Source of the DNA: Paraspadella gotoi | Taxonomy: Eukaryota; Animalia; Chaetognatha | DNA length: 64,000 nt | Direction of reading: 5' to 3' | NCBI GenBank assembly: GCA_051294375.1 | Contig: CM119271.1 | Location: 6,378,188 to 6,442,187 of the forward strand | Part shown: piece by piece, positions 47,991-61,565 of the stretch | Numbering within the stretch: position 1 is the stretch's first letter | Layout: the number at the start of each line of letters is the position of its first letter | Translations under genes and position numbers: made by a program | The notes under the pieces: model-generated | What the model was told of the DNA's origin: nothing | The model's database searches: none | What the model saw: only the letters and a program-made list of their open reading frames with translations

Positions 47991-50071
47991 ACTCTATTAT
48001 ATGCCATTTCCGTGGTTTTTAACGAAATTCACGAACAGGGGAACTTATACTATATTTGGAACTTTATATTATATGAAATATAATTGTGTGATTGTGAGTT
48101 ATTATTAGGTTAAAATCGCGACAGACAACTTCTATCTTAAACTCTTTAAAATATAATAAAGAGTTGATACGTTAAACGTTTTCCCGCCATTTCTTTTCTC
48201 CCTTTCCTCTCCTTCTTTTCTCCTTTCCTACCTCCCTCTCTTTCCCGCCCTTCATTTCCTTTCCTTCTTTTTATACTTTCTCGCCTCCCCTTTCTTTCCT
48301 TCTTCTCCTTTCTTACTTCTGCATCTCTTGTTTTTTTCTTTCCCCTTTATTACCTTTCTTTTTCAATTACCCTTTCAATTACTCTTCCACTCCTCTTTCC
48401 TTTCCTCCCTCCCCATGACCACTCCTTTCCTCTTCCTCCCACTTCCTTCCTTCCCTGCTCTTCCTACCATCCTTGCACATTCTCATATTCTATTTTCTCC
48501 CTCTTTTTCCTCCCATTCCCTGCTTTTTTCCTTTTTCCCCCCTTCCTTCTCTCTCCCTCTCTCTCTCTCCCTCAATAATGGATCTTCAAAACAACATCAT
48601 TTGTGATTCCGCGGCTCAAGAATCGGAAATCGGTTCGTGAGTCGGTGAGTCGGAGAGAGGGGAAGAAGATTCACTGAAAAATTCACCGCCGTCTAGATAT
48701 CGCTCGCTTGTGGCGGTTTCATAGTCGGCGTTGTCGTCGTCGTCGTCGGAGGCCGAGAAATCCCGAAGACGTGAGTGTGCGTCGACAGTAAACCAACGAC
48801 GAGTCGAGGCTTTAGAAAAATTCGTCACGTCGGCATAAAAACAAAAAAGCAACAGAAAAAAAACTAAACAAACAAAACAAAAAACACAGAAGTAAAAAGA
48901 AGCAAAAAAAAAAAAAGACGGGGCTTTTGCGAAGACAGAAAGACTGAGTTCGTTGGAAAACGTGTTTGGTCGAAACGAAGGGAGAAGGAATGAGATAGAG
49001 AGGGAGAAAGAGAGGAAGAGTGAAATATAGAAAGAGAGAAAGATAGGAGATAAAAGAGAGTAAGGTGAAGAAAAAAAAAAGGAAAAGGGAGAGCGAGGGA
49101 AAGAAAGAGAGAGTGAAAAAAAAGTCATAAAAAAATTATTTTATGGAAGTAAAAACGAATATTATTGGTATTTGACAAACTCACTACTCTATATATTGCG
49201 AACCGTGTATCTTGTACCAGATTAATATTCGATATAATTGGTAAACCTTGTTTGTCGATTATTATCAGAAGAGGCTTCACTTCGATCCCCCCCATGTTCA
49301 TTTGTTTTGGAAGAGATGCTTGTGCCTGCCCAATCTTGAATTCACTTTGCTCAATGTACAAATTCAACAAAAAAAAAACAAAAAAACAAACAAAACAAAA
49401 AACAGGATGAAAATTGAAATACAAACGACGCCTTTCGTCCGCTTAGTCTTCTCCGTATGTCGCTTTCCGTTGTTTTCTTTCCCGGATGTCGTAGACAAAG
49501 CCGACGTTCGACGAGTCTCTCGAAGGAATCGCGAGTCTCGACCGAGAGGATCGACCTCACGGTCACGTGACTTACGTCGTCGTTTCAACGTTTGTCGATT
49601 AATATTTCATAACTTGATGTTATAAATAATTCCGGTGTGGAGGGATCTTGGTCGGGGAGTGGGGAGTGGGGAGTGGGGAGTGGGGAGTGGGGTGAAAGAA
49701 GAGGAAAGGTGCAGGGAGTCGGGAGGAAAGATGAGATAAATTGATATCCAAGGGAAAAATTGATGAGAACAAACAGTAGTGGACCGTTTTGGCTTGTCTT
49801 ACTTTCTCCTTCTCTACTTTACCTTTCTCTTACTTTCTATTTAAACAGGGGGAGAGAGAGAGAGAGAAGAGGAGAAGAGGATAGAGAGAACAGGGAGAGA
49901 GAGAGAGAGAGAAGAGAGAGAGACGAGAGAGAGAGAGAGAGAGAGAGGAGAATTAAAAACGAGAGAAAGTGGAAGATTGTGTCGAGTCAGCAGGTATGAG
50001 AGTACAACCTTAGAGAAGACAGATGGTTCGTTTCTCTCCACAATGTTTTTTACTCTTTTCTCCATTTTATA

Positions 50072-50138
<67 letters not shown>

Positions 50139-50719
50139 ATCGACTTTTTTATTACACTTTATTTAGATAACGGGGTTTTTTTCCAACTTTCTCTTACCTT
50201 TCAGATAACGATGTTTTAATCTTCTGCGGTATTTTCATCCTTCATTTGACAATTTCGTTTCTCATTTATCATTTGCTTCATTCTTCCGCAACTTGGGTTT
50301 TTGCCGCGTTTCACTGTAGAGAGAGAGAGAAGAGAGAGAGAGACGAGAGACGAGAGAGAGAGAGAGAGGAGAGAGAGGAGCAGAGGAGAGGAGAAGAGAC
50401 GAGAGAGAAGAGAGAGAGGCAGAGAGAGAAGAGGAGAGGAGAGAGAGAGAGAGAGTGAGAGAGAGAGAGAGAGTAAGAGAGTCTGAAATGTTTTGACATT
50501 TTTTTCCAGCTCGTTGCGTTTTCGTGAGGGAATTTCTTTCTTTCTTCTTTTTTTCTTTTTGAGTCGTGATTCTGTCATCTTTTGACTTTTTATCTTTGGT
50601 GGTTTGGGATTCGCATTCAATTAATTTTATACACATACAAAAAATTCATTCCAAAATATTACTTGCAAATTGTTTGATTGTTTTTTAGCCCTCATTATTG
50701 TTTCTTGAAATTACCAAGA

Positions 50720-50885
50720 GCAGAGCGGTTGCCAAGTCACACGAAGCCTCTACACTGGGTGGGCGGTAGGCTTGCTTCCGGTGATTTAACCGATCCGGCA
50801 CTCTTTTGCAATGACCGGTCTTTCCAGGGCTAGAACCCCGGACCATTGAGTTCGGACATGAAGTGTTAACCCATTGGAATCTGGA
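50720..50885 (-). mobile_element. tRNA-SINE-like fragment
   Basis: Minus strand reads ...ccaatgggttaacac...gtccggggttctagccctgg (B-box-like) followed by a GC-balanced body in AT-rich DNA. Confidence 0.3.
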
Positions 50886-52265
50886 ACAGTTGCATGCAAT
50901 CACTAACTTGACTACAGTGGAGTTGGTCGAGATAAAAATGCCGAACAAAATGAGATGAATCAATTTATTGAAATTCGAAAAGCGAATGAAATCCAATTGG
51001 CTAATTGTACAAAATGGCATTCATTTTCATAGGGAGAGAGAGAAAACTTGGTTTACATTTGTAAAGTAAATAATTCTAAAAAATAAATCAAAATAATTTC
51101 TTAGCGGGCGATGAAATTTCTAAATAATTCGTTCGTCGATTTTATTTTCTTTATTTACTCAGGATAATCCACTCTACAATATTAAGAACAAATAACAAAA
51201 TAAGAGTGATGGAGGCCTTAAACCACCAAAGCCAGTCCAAAGTCAGGGGCAAGATAGCTTATTTATTAAATGAATGGATAATTTTTATATTGATCGTACC
51301 AATTTCATACAAACCATTTTCTTTTTCAGCCATTTTAGTTTCTCAGCTCTTCCAAGCCTCGATAAAAATCCACGCGGCTCCTCATCAAGCTTTTGTCTTT
51401 TGTTTCTCCTCCTCTTCCTCTTCACTTCCTCCTCCTCCTCCTCCCCCCTTTCTCCTCGTATCTTTCCCCAATTCGTTTCTCTCCCAAATCTCCACTTTTA
51501 ATTCGATGTTTCATTTTCGGTTTTGCGCTCGAAAGGATCTTTTGTTTGGTGTTTTTCTCTTCGGTTTTCAACGTTTAATTTTTAATATTTTTCTCTCTTT
51601 AAATATTTAACTCTTTTAATGTTAAATCATATTTATCCTCATCTGTATGAAGTTTGATATGTTCTATTTTCTTAAGAAATGTTTTCTTTTAGTATTTCGT
51701 TAAACTAAGCCGCCAGCAATTTTTAAAACGTTTTCATTTCATTTCCAAAACTAACCCAAGTAAGAAATAAGAAAAAACAACAGTTAAATAGTTCACACGA
51801 CTTAATAAGATATTTACGTTAATTGCGATGAGGTCGTTATGGCGCCATTTTAACTTTCCGGGCCTCGCCGACTCGCGGCGTCTTTCGTTTTCTCATCATT
51901 CGACTAACAGCGGCGCCCTGAGCCAAGCTTAACGCCGCTCTCAGCCAAGCTGAGCGGCGCTCCCAGGCAAGCAAAACGGCCACCTCAGCCAAGCATTGTC
52001 GCGCCGGTTTCGACGGCGCCAAACTTTAATTATCTCGGCGTCGTTTTACCTTTTAGCTTTCTTCGTCGTTGTCGTTGTCGTCGTTGTCGCCGTCGTCGCC
52101 GTTGTCTTCACAAGTTCTAGAAATCACAAGTTCTAGAAATCACAAGAAATCACAAGTTCTAGAAATAAAAACGATTTAATTTTAAAAAAAGAGTATTTAG
52201 CCTAAATTTAATTTTTTCTATAGTAAAAACTACGTCTTTTACTCGTTTTCTCTCTCTTTCTTTCT

Positions 52266-52306
<41 letters not shown>

Positions 52307-52630
52307 TTTCCAATTCCTTTTTTCCACTCCTCTTTCCGACTTTCACACATTTTTCTTCGTCATCGTGACGTCATATCTCGTGGCGCCATTGATCCGTGAC
52401 CCGCGCCTCTTTCCATCGAACGTCATTTCCGGTCGATGGGCGTCGCGCCAAGACGTTCATTCCTCCGCTGTCGGTGGGCGTCACACACATGCGCCTCCTT
52501 CGTGGCGCCTTTGTGCGGGAAGATTCTGGGTGACGCTTGGATACGTCCGGTCACTCGGCTTTGATAGGCGTGGCTATAGCGTCGGTGGACGTGGACACTT
52601 GTGAGGGCGTGGCCATTACTACTCAACTTC

Positions 52631-52683
<53 letters not shown>

Positions 52684-52684
52684 C

Positions 52685-52717
<33 letters not shown>

Positions 52718-52802
52718 TCTCTCTCTTTAACACTTCCCCAGTCTTTCCTTGGCTGCCAGGAATCGAAATTTTCACACGAAACTGTCGTTCCTCATCTTCT
52801 CT

Positions 52803-52837
<35 letters not shown>

Positions 52838-53047
52838 GTCTCTCTTCTCTTTCTCTCTCTCTCTCAGTCCACAGCTTCCTACGCTTACCAGCGTTATGAC
52901 GCGTACGCATCAATAGGGAAACGGGAAAAAGACCGGGAGTAAGAATTTGGGTAATAACATAGAGGGAGCAATATCGATTGAGAAAGGGGAGCAATTTAAT
53001 CATTTTCGGGGGCGCGGGGAGGGGCAAAGCATTTAGGAAGAGAGACA

Positions 53048-53136
<89 letters not shown>

Positions 53137-53198
53137 AGAGAGAGGAAATGAATAATGGAGAGGAAGGAAAAAGCGATTGAGAGAAAAGAGTAAATGTA

Positions 53199-54144
53199 CA
53201 TGGTGACAATTTTTACAAGCGCCGGTAGAAATACGCTGTCATTTGCAAACCAGTGGTTTTTCATTGATTTTAAAATTTGTTGATGATAGAATATATTAAA
53301 GTCATTTATATGTTCAAATTTTTATATTGATCAGTTAAGATATGCCTTGGCAATGAGTGGAGAAAGTTGGCTTGTAAAATCGGGTTCATTTTCTAACTCA
53401 CTTTTTTAGATTCAATTTTTTTCTTACTTTCATTAAGTTTTCTGAAGAAATTTAAAATAAAATAATATTAATATTATTATCTTCTGAAAGCCCTTTCAAA
53501 TCTAAAGAGAATGATATACTTGCAAATACTGTAGTATAAAAATTTACGCGCCCAGCTTTAATTTAATTAGGATACTCAAAAACAAGATATCTTTCCAAAA
53601 ATCAATAGCTGGAGGGTAAATTTAAGATTTTTTATCAAATTATGATTGGCTATCTTAAATCTCTTGTGGTGGTTTTCAGGCTCTTTCATGATTCTTATAT
53701 AAATAATAATATTTTATGTAATAATAATTTAATCAGTTCATATATTTTAAAAAAAGATTTGAAATTTTAGATAATTAACTTTTGACTCTCTTAATTGAAC
53801 CAAGGCTAAGCAGCTTTCGTAAGTATATCATTCTCTTCATTTTTTTAAGGGCTTTCTGAGGATATTAATTTTGTTAATATCTTAATATATACTTTGTTTA
53901 AAAAAGAGCTAAAAGTTGAAAAAAAAATTGAATTTAAAAACAGTGAGTTGGAAAATGAAACCCGATTTTACAAGCCAACTTTCTCCACTCATTGCCAAGG
54001 CATATCTTAACTGATCAATATAAAATTTGAACACATAAATAACTTTAATAAGTTTTACTCAACTAATTTTTAAAATCAATGAAATAACCACTGGTTTGCA
54101 AATGACAGCGTATTTCTACCGGCGCTTGTAAAATTGTCACCATG
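53199..54144. mobile_element. Foldback/MITE element with long terminal inverted repeats and TA target-site duplication (Tc1/mariner-type)
   Basis: TA|CATGGTGACAATTTTTACAAGCGCCGGTAGAAATACGCTG ... CAGCGTATTTCTACCGGCGCTTGTAAAATTGTCACCATG|TA; inverted identity continues through 53320-53405/53940-54035 and, more degenerately, to ~53600/53730; no transposase. Confidence 0.88.
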
Positions 54145-55219
54145 TAGGAAGAGGAAGAGAGATTTGAAGAATGGGTTTGGATATCGTTTGGGGATGGAGG
54201 GGGGGCGAGGGGCGAGGGGGCGAGGGGCGAGGGGGGGAGACGAAATATTGACCCGGAGGAAGAGGGGGCTGGCTCGGGGTAGGGGGAAAAGGTAAATATC
54301 GATGCGTCGGTGCAATATTTACAAGTTGTGGGAGGGAAATATTGAATTTAATGGTTAACGTATTGGTAAAAGTATAGTAGTGTAGTTCCGTTGGTGGAAT
54401 TATAATATGTAAAATGTGAAGGTGGAATATTAATAAATGATTGAGGTCTGAATGCCATCATAGCAGGAGGAGGCGAAAGATTATTCCTGGGAGAAAATGA
54501 TTCTTGACGAAGGAGTTAAGAATATTGATTTGATTTGATTTTTGATTTATTAGGCCTGAAATGTGAAAGTTTAACACAGTAACAATGCAATTGTTAATGA
54601 GCTGTACATATATATGTATGTATGAAGGGAGAAGTGAAAGCAGAGAGAGAAGATCAAGTTATTGTAGGCTGTAGGGAGATTGCCGAACGCGAGCGGCAAC
54701 GAATATGTCAACTTTATAATTACGTCTCTTCAATGTAAACAGTTTTAAAACATGTTGATTAAAAACATGGAAGGGGCTTAGGGAATGGAAGAATAGTATA
54801 AGGATTGACCGGAGTCGGGATGGAATGATAATGGGCGCAAATGTGAAATACTGATAGGAGGGTAGAGGATAAAGTTGGATCAGGGGCCGGGGGGGGGGCG
54901 GGGAAAGTCGCCATCAGTCTCTGACACTTTGACGCGTTCATTCGACCACGAGACGTCAGGACGCGATCGACTCTGGAAGGCCATCGGAAGTCGCGTCGAA
55001 GCGAGGAGCGGGGGCGGTCGACGACAAGATGGCGACGTCGGTGAGGACGACGACCGGGATAACGACGACGATAACGACGATATTTTCGACGACGTCTGAG
55101 TGGATACTAAAGAGGGGTCAAGGAACTTCCGACTCGGTGGGGGAAGAAAAATGTTTTTAAAAATTGCGATTCATATTAAAAGTCATTTAATAAATTCATG
55201 CGAATGAAAGAGAGAGAGT

Positions 55220-55296
<77 letters not shown>

Positions 55297-56639
55297 AGAG
55301 AGAGAGTGAGAACGTTCTCTTCATTTTCTACCATTACGACGTTAAAACAAAGCTAAATTTACTTTTTTCAGAAAAAACCATGAATTTTTAGAACTGAAAA
55401 TGAATTATGAAATGCAAAGAACATGAGGACGACGACGACGACGACGACAACGACGACGACTAAGACGACAAAGACGACAACGACAAAAAATCGCAAAAGG
55501 CGAGAACAGGAACGAGAGTAAAAATCAAAACCGAAACAAACAGGCATACAAAACAAAACAAAACATAAACAGAAAGAGAACGCAGAGGGCGGGAAAGTAG
55601 CGACGACGACGAAACAAAAGAGCAAAAGAAATGAAAAACAAAAGAAAAACGTTAAACGAAACTCAAAAACACAAAACGGAATCGAACAAAGAACGGCGGA
55701 TTTTTTTTAACATCAGTCATAGTTTAGGTTTTAATTTGATATTTGATATTTCTTCACTTTTTAAATGGTTTATCGGTAAATAATGCCATTCGACGCAAGC
55801 ACTGGAAGGAGACTTAGGCTGGGAACTAGCTCTTTCAGGCACCCGAGGCGGCTAACAGCCGTCCGGCTTAGGGGGTTCCGAAGGCTTTACTCAATGAGCC
55901 ACGTCACAGGGTCCCAAGTCACGAGTCACAATTGAGAGTAAACAGTTTACTAGATGATGTGTGCGATTCCCAGTGCCCATTGCCCACTACATCTCTCGAC
56001 TCCCAATTTCGTGCCTCACTTGTTTTCATTTTCCCTCGGCTCAAGTCTCGAACCCAAAATTAAAAGTTAAGAGTGGTTTAGACGCTTTTTTGCTCACAGA
56101 ACAACGTAAATGACAAAAGATTATAATAATGCTCAATACTCATTTTCTAGTTAGTTAAAATGCTTCGCCTTCCGACTGCTGCCTTCTCTCGCAATTTTCA
56201 TATTTAATATTTGATACATAGCAAATCGTAACTTCCTTCCCCACGAATTTATTGATATTATTCTTCTGCCAAAGGGAAGTGAAATGACGGATATATAGTG
56301 ATGAAGACTGCTTGTAAAGACAGGGGACTATGTAGTTTAATTAATGGTTGAAAAGTATAAGCAACTTAAAAGAAAGATCGACCACATTGTAGTGACTAGA
56401 CCGACCGTCATCTTGGCTGATCGATGATCATTGACCAGCAAGAAAAGCAGAAGCAGAACCAAACCGAGACTGATCGAAACCGCAATCCGACAGGCGGGGC
56501 TAAAATGTCGGAACCGCCAGTCAAAGACACGAGCACGAAAACAAGAACGGTAATTCCAATGTGTTGCGCCACAGTGATTTTATTTTCACGTGTATTACCC
56601 TTTGATCATATGATATGACATAACATGACTAAAAAAATT

Positions 56640-56900
56640 GTTTTTGCCCATGTCTTTATGATATGCACTTCATCAAAATTCCGTCTTTTATTCTTTTTAG
56701 TTTTAGGAGTTACTGAAAGCGGCGCTAGCAATCCCTGAGATTTGAGGTTTATTTCTGTCTTAACAAATGAGCATTGAGCAACCAACTATAAGCAAATTAT
56801 ATGCATTTTTAAGTGGGACAAACCGACGACAGATTTACCGACTGACCGAACGACAGACCGACCGAAAAGTGACTTATAGAGTCGCTCCGCAACTAAAAAC
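56640..56900. mobile_element. Helentron-associated (DINE-1/HINE-like) non-autonomous element fragment
   Basis: (gacc/gaca) microsatellite followed by gacttatagagtcgctccgcaactaaaaa; a related partial copy at ~39692-39728 reads gaccaaccgaccgaaaagacgacttat. Confidence 0.4.
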
Positions 56901-57636
56901 ACAACCCGGCTTCTTCTCCCTCCCCCTCGCCCCGCTCCAAATCCGGGCGAGAAAAAAAAGGATAGAATTGCGAGTAAGGTAATCGTTTTTGAAAAGAAGC
57001 GAGAAATTTTCTTTTTCTTATTTTTTTTTCGGAGGAAGACGGTGGAAAAGGAAAAGGAAATAAAAGAAAAGGAAAAGGAAAAGGAAATAAAAGGAAAGAA
57101 AAAGGAAAAGAAGGAATCTTTTTTTTTTTATTTATATTTTTTTTTCTTCGCCGGTGATTGGATTAGCATATTTCGTGGAAGCCCAGTCACGGCGGTGAGG
57201 AGGAGGAAGAGGAGGAGGAGGAGGAGGAGGAAGAGAAACCAGAGACTCTATGGGTTTTTTTTGTGTTTCATTGTCGCCATTTTTCTCTTTGAAAATTTTA
57301 TTTTTTTTCCTTTTTGTAAAAACGCGCCGCTGTAAATGAGAATTCGTAGTTCTTTCTTAGAAATGCTTTCAGAAATTTTCATAGTTTTTTTTAGTTTTAT
57401 TGGATATTTTTAAAATTGCTAGAATTCTCAGCACTTTTTTAAAGTTTCGTATGTACTAATGTTTTAATCAGTTTATTTAAAGTCGAATGCAAGGCGGTTG
57501 ACTCAGACTAAAAAGTCGAAAATTGATCTTAAAGGATGCAATTACCGAACGAAGCATCGAGAAATTCACAAAAGCCGACGATTTAATAGGAGGCTGCCGT
57601 CGCCCTCAATTCCGAAATTCGACGCCTTCAAATATT

Positions 57637-57700
<64 letters not shown>

Positions 57701-58187
57701 TGATTGGTTCTTTTCATGCCGTGGAAAAATTGCAAGAGGAATCCAAAGATTGAATATCGTCGGCAATGGAAGAAAAAATATCTTTTTTTCGTTTTCTAAC
57801 CATTAGTCTTTGTCAACAAAAACAAAGGCGTCACTTCAGAGAACGTATGACTAAACACACTCAACAGTCAATACTGTTCCAACCTGATTAATTGATTATA
57901 CGTTCGGGAACAGCGTGAAACGACGTCAGCCCCGTCAATTAAACTCTCCCCTTAAAAAAAACCGAATATGAAATTGAAATTTGAAAATCAAAATTTATAA
58001 TCGCCGCGCTTGATTTTTCTTTTTTTTTTTTTAATAAATTGGAAATTTGGTGGGATTTTTAACGAAGCTTTGCCTTTGGTTAAATAAAGCAATTGCAAAA
58101 TTTACTTAGTATTTTTTTTTTCAAAAAATTTTCAGAGTTACACAAAGCTTACTAGGCACAAAACAAACCAAATCGTTCTTCTCTCTC

Positions 58188-58238
<51 letters not shown>

Positions 58239-58568
58239 TCTCTCTTTCACACACACACACATACACGATCTGAAGGCTAGAATATGACAAAAATAAAACT
58301 CAGATATTATTATTGCTTTTCTTCGGTATTTTTTTCCGATGCAAAATTTTTTTCATTTTTATTCGACTCATAAAAACTCGCAGGTGCATTAGAATCCGAC
58401 AGGTGGCGGCGCAAAGACTCGGGAGCCACACTTTGTCTCAAATGCCTCTAAAAGGATTAATCGTCGTCGCGCCTTTCGTCCCCTGTAGGGCTGTCTGGCT
58501 GTCGGGCACCGGCGCCTTCTGACGGACAATTGTTCCATGAGGTCGGTTATTTTTTGGTTGCCTCCACG

Positions 58569-58691
<123 letters not shown>

Positions 58692-61523
58692 TTTCGTGGC
58701 CCTTGGCCTCCCGAGACCCCGAAAAGCCCGTGGGCGGCGAAAGGATCTTTTTTGGAAGGCGATCCCGTTCGGGCGGGCGAGAACCCCAGGGGTTAATTGA
58801 GTTGTTATAGAAAAGCGATAATCCAGACGTTGAAGTCTGTTCTCGGGTTGGAGCGTCGGCGGAAATATGTAAGGTACATGGGAGTTGTATCAGTCAATAT
58901 ATGGCGGGAGGCATCGGCCCAGGCGGTCAATGTTTCGTGTGTCTGATGTTGGCCGATGAGAGGGAGAATAATGATTCATGGGCCCAACCAATTTCATGTT
59001 ACCAGCTTTTTAAACTGTGAAAAAATTATTTATTCATTTATTAAACAATGCCGAAGATTCTGGAGGCTTAAGGCCTCCATCCCTTTTACAAGTTAGTAGC
59101 ATAGAAGCAAGCTTTCAATCAAGATTCTCTCCCAGTATTATTTATTAACTCCAAGACTGCTTGCCTTCCCTATTAATAAAGTAAATATAATTCACTGTTT
59201 CAATTTGATAAAAGAACCGCTCTCTTATGTATAAGATCGTATAGCATCAAAATACAAAAAGCTCACTGTTAAGAAATTGTATACGTACAGGAGTGGGTTT
59301 CGGCCTCGTTGGGAGAGGGCGATTGGGAAAAAGAGTGAAAGGGTATCGGAGTAAAGCAAGAAAGACCATCGGGCAAAGCGGGAAGGGAATCCGAAAGGCG
59401 CGTCTCCATTTATCTTAACTCTTTTTTTTTCCCCCATTCCCTCTTTTTTTCTCATTATCCTTTCTATTTTCTCTTTTTCAATCTTCTCGACTCGCCGATG
59501 GCAATGACCCTTCTACTCCCCTCAGTATTTTTCACTTCTTCCCTTTTTTTCTCTCTCTCTCTTTCTCGTCAACCTGTTTCTTATTTTTCTTTCTTTCTTC
59601 CCCTTTACCTTTCATTCTCTTTTCCTTAACAATTTTTTTTGATTTGGCGACAATCATCGATTTCCACCGGAAATGTTTTAGGATTAACTATAAAGGTTGG
59701 ACACCAAAATCTCATTTGCATTTTGTAATTTTCCAGAGAGAGTAGAATTATGTATGGATCATATACCTGATTTTAGTTTTAGGTAAATGTTTTATTCGAC
59801 GTTCCTCATACGTCATTCAAGTTTGAAACAAATCTTTTCTCAAATTAACTGATGGTCTTGATTTGAAAATCGTGTCATCATTTCACTGTATAGTAATTTA
59901 TTGTTCACGACTACCTTAGTTGTTGTTGAAGGGTTAAAAAGCTCGGAACGTTTTTTTATATATAATTTCGTTGTTGACGTACAAGTGTATAAGGATTAGT
60001 TCGCAGTTCTTGTTTATTGAGCATCGACATGCCGCAAATACAACGATTTGTGCGGCGACGCACTCGACAGTGTCCCGATCAAGCGGGGCAAGGCCAGTAC
60101 AGACCATCTCTTCGTGTCACCCCCTTTTTTTTTTTTTAATGTTTCGATTCGGCAAAAGAGAATTTGTGACGTTTCTTATCTTCTTCGCTCCGTATTTTCT
60201 TTTCTTTTCCTTTTCTTTTCTTTGCCTTTTTTTTTTTCTTTTCCTTATCATTTTCTTTCTTTTCTTATTTCTTATTTTTTCTTTTCTCTCTCTCGGCTTT
60301 GCTTTTGGGAAAATCCTCCTAATCATATGTATCTTTTTATATCTGCCATTATTTCTGTTACATCAGTGTCTCTCTCTCTCTTCTGTCTATCTTCTCTCTC
60401 TCTTCTCTCCTCTCTACTCTCCGTTCTATCTCGTTCTTCTCATCTACTATCTTCTGTCCTCTCTACTCATACGATGGCTTAATTTCCAATGCAGGGTCTT
60501 CTTGTCTCGTATTTTCCTGGCTCATGAGAGGTGAAACGGAAAATTAACGTCTCTCGGCGCGCCATTACGCACGCTCGCTACCTGCCGCCGTGCGTGGTCC
60601 GCTCTTCCGTGCCGCCCGTGCCGCCTGACCGCCGCCGCCGCCATTCCGTGAGCCAACCTGTCCGTATCGTGCCGTGCCGGACGCCTACTATTATGGACGT
60701 AACTCCGCCACCGACGCCGCCGCCGCCGAAACCGCCCTCGCCGCCGCAACCACAGCCGCTTAAGAGCGTACATATGTCAGTTGTTGGCCAAATAGATAAC
60801 GGCGCGCGTCAAACCAAACGTCTCATCATTAGTTTTATCGGTGCGATATCTTCTTCGTGGTCTTCGTCGTCTTCCCCTTTCTCGTGTCAATGTCATTTGA
60901 CAAATGACCATTCATTATGAACAGCTCTTAAGGCAAATGAAGAAGAAAGACAGAAACAAAAACAAAAAAGAAACAGACAAATTTAGAAAGAATTAAGAAA
61001 CAAAGTTTTTTTGATATTGTGAATGAGTCGATCCGAAATCTTCAGCAGTTTTATGANNNNNNNNNNNNNNNNNNNNNNNNNNNNNNNNNNNNNNNNNNNN
61101 NNNNNNNNNNNNNNNNNNNNNNNNNNNNNNNNNNNNNNNNNNNNNNNNNNNNNNNNNNNNNNNNNNNNNNNNNNNNNNNNNNNNNNNNNNNNNNNNNNNN
61201 NNNNNNNNNNNNNNNNNNNNNNNNNNNNNNNNNNNNNNNNAAAAGAATAATTCCAAAAAATACTTTCAAATAAGGTATAGTTTTGCTACCGGTGTTTGAA
61301 CAGAGGGAGCAAAATAATTTCTCAGCGAGCATTTCTGCAATTGGTATATTTTTAAATAATTCGCGAGTTTATTTTCTTTTTTTATTAAACAGGGTGAACA
61401 GAATCTACACTCAGTAATAGTATTGTCAGATAATTGATGGGAGTGAAGACAACTCAGCTACTCTTACGAGAAACACCAGTTGAAAGATCTAAAATCTAAT
61501 TTAAAGCCGAGAATAAGTCGAAA

Positions 61524-61565
<42 letters not shown>

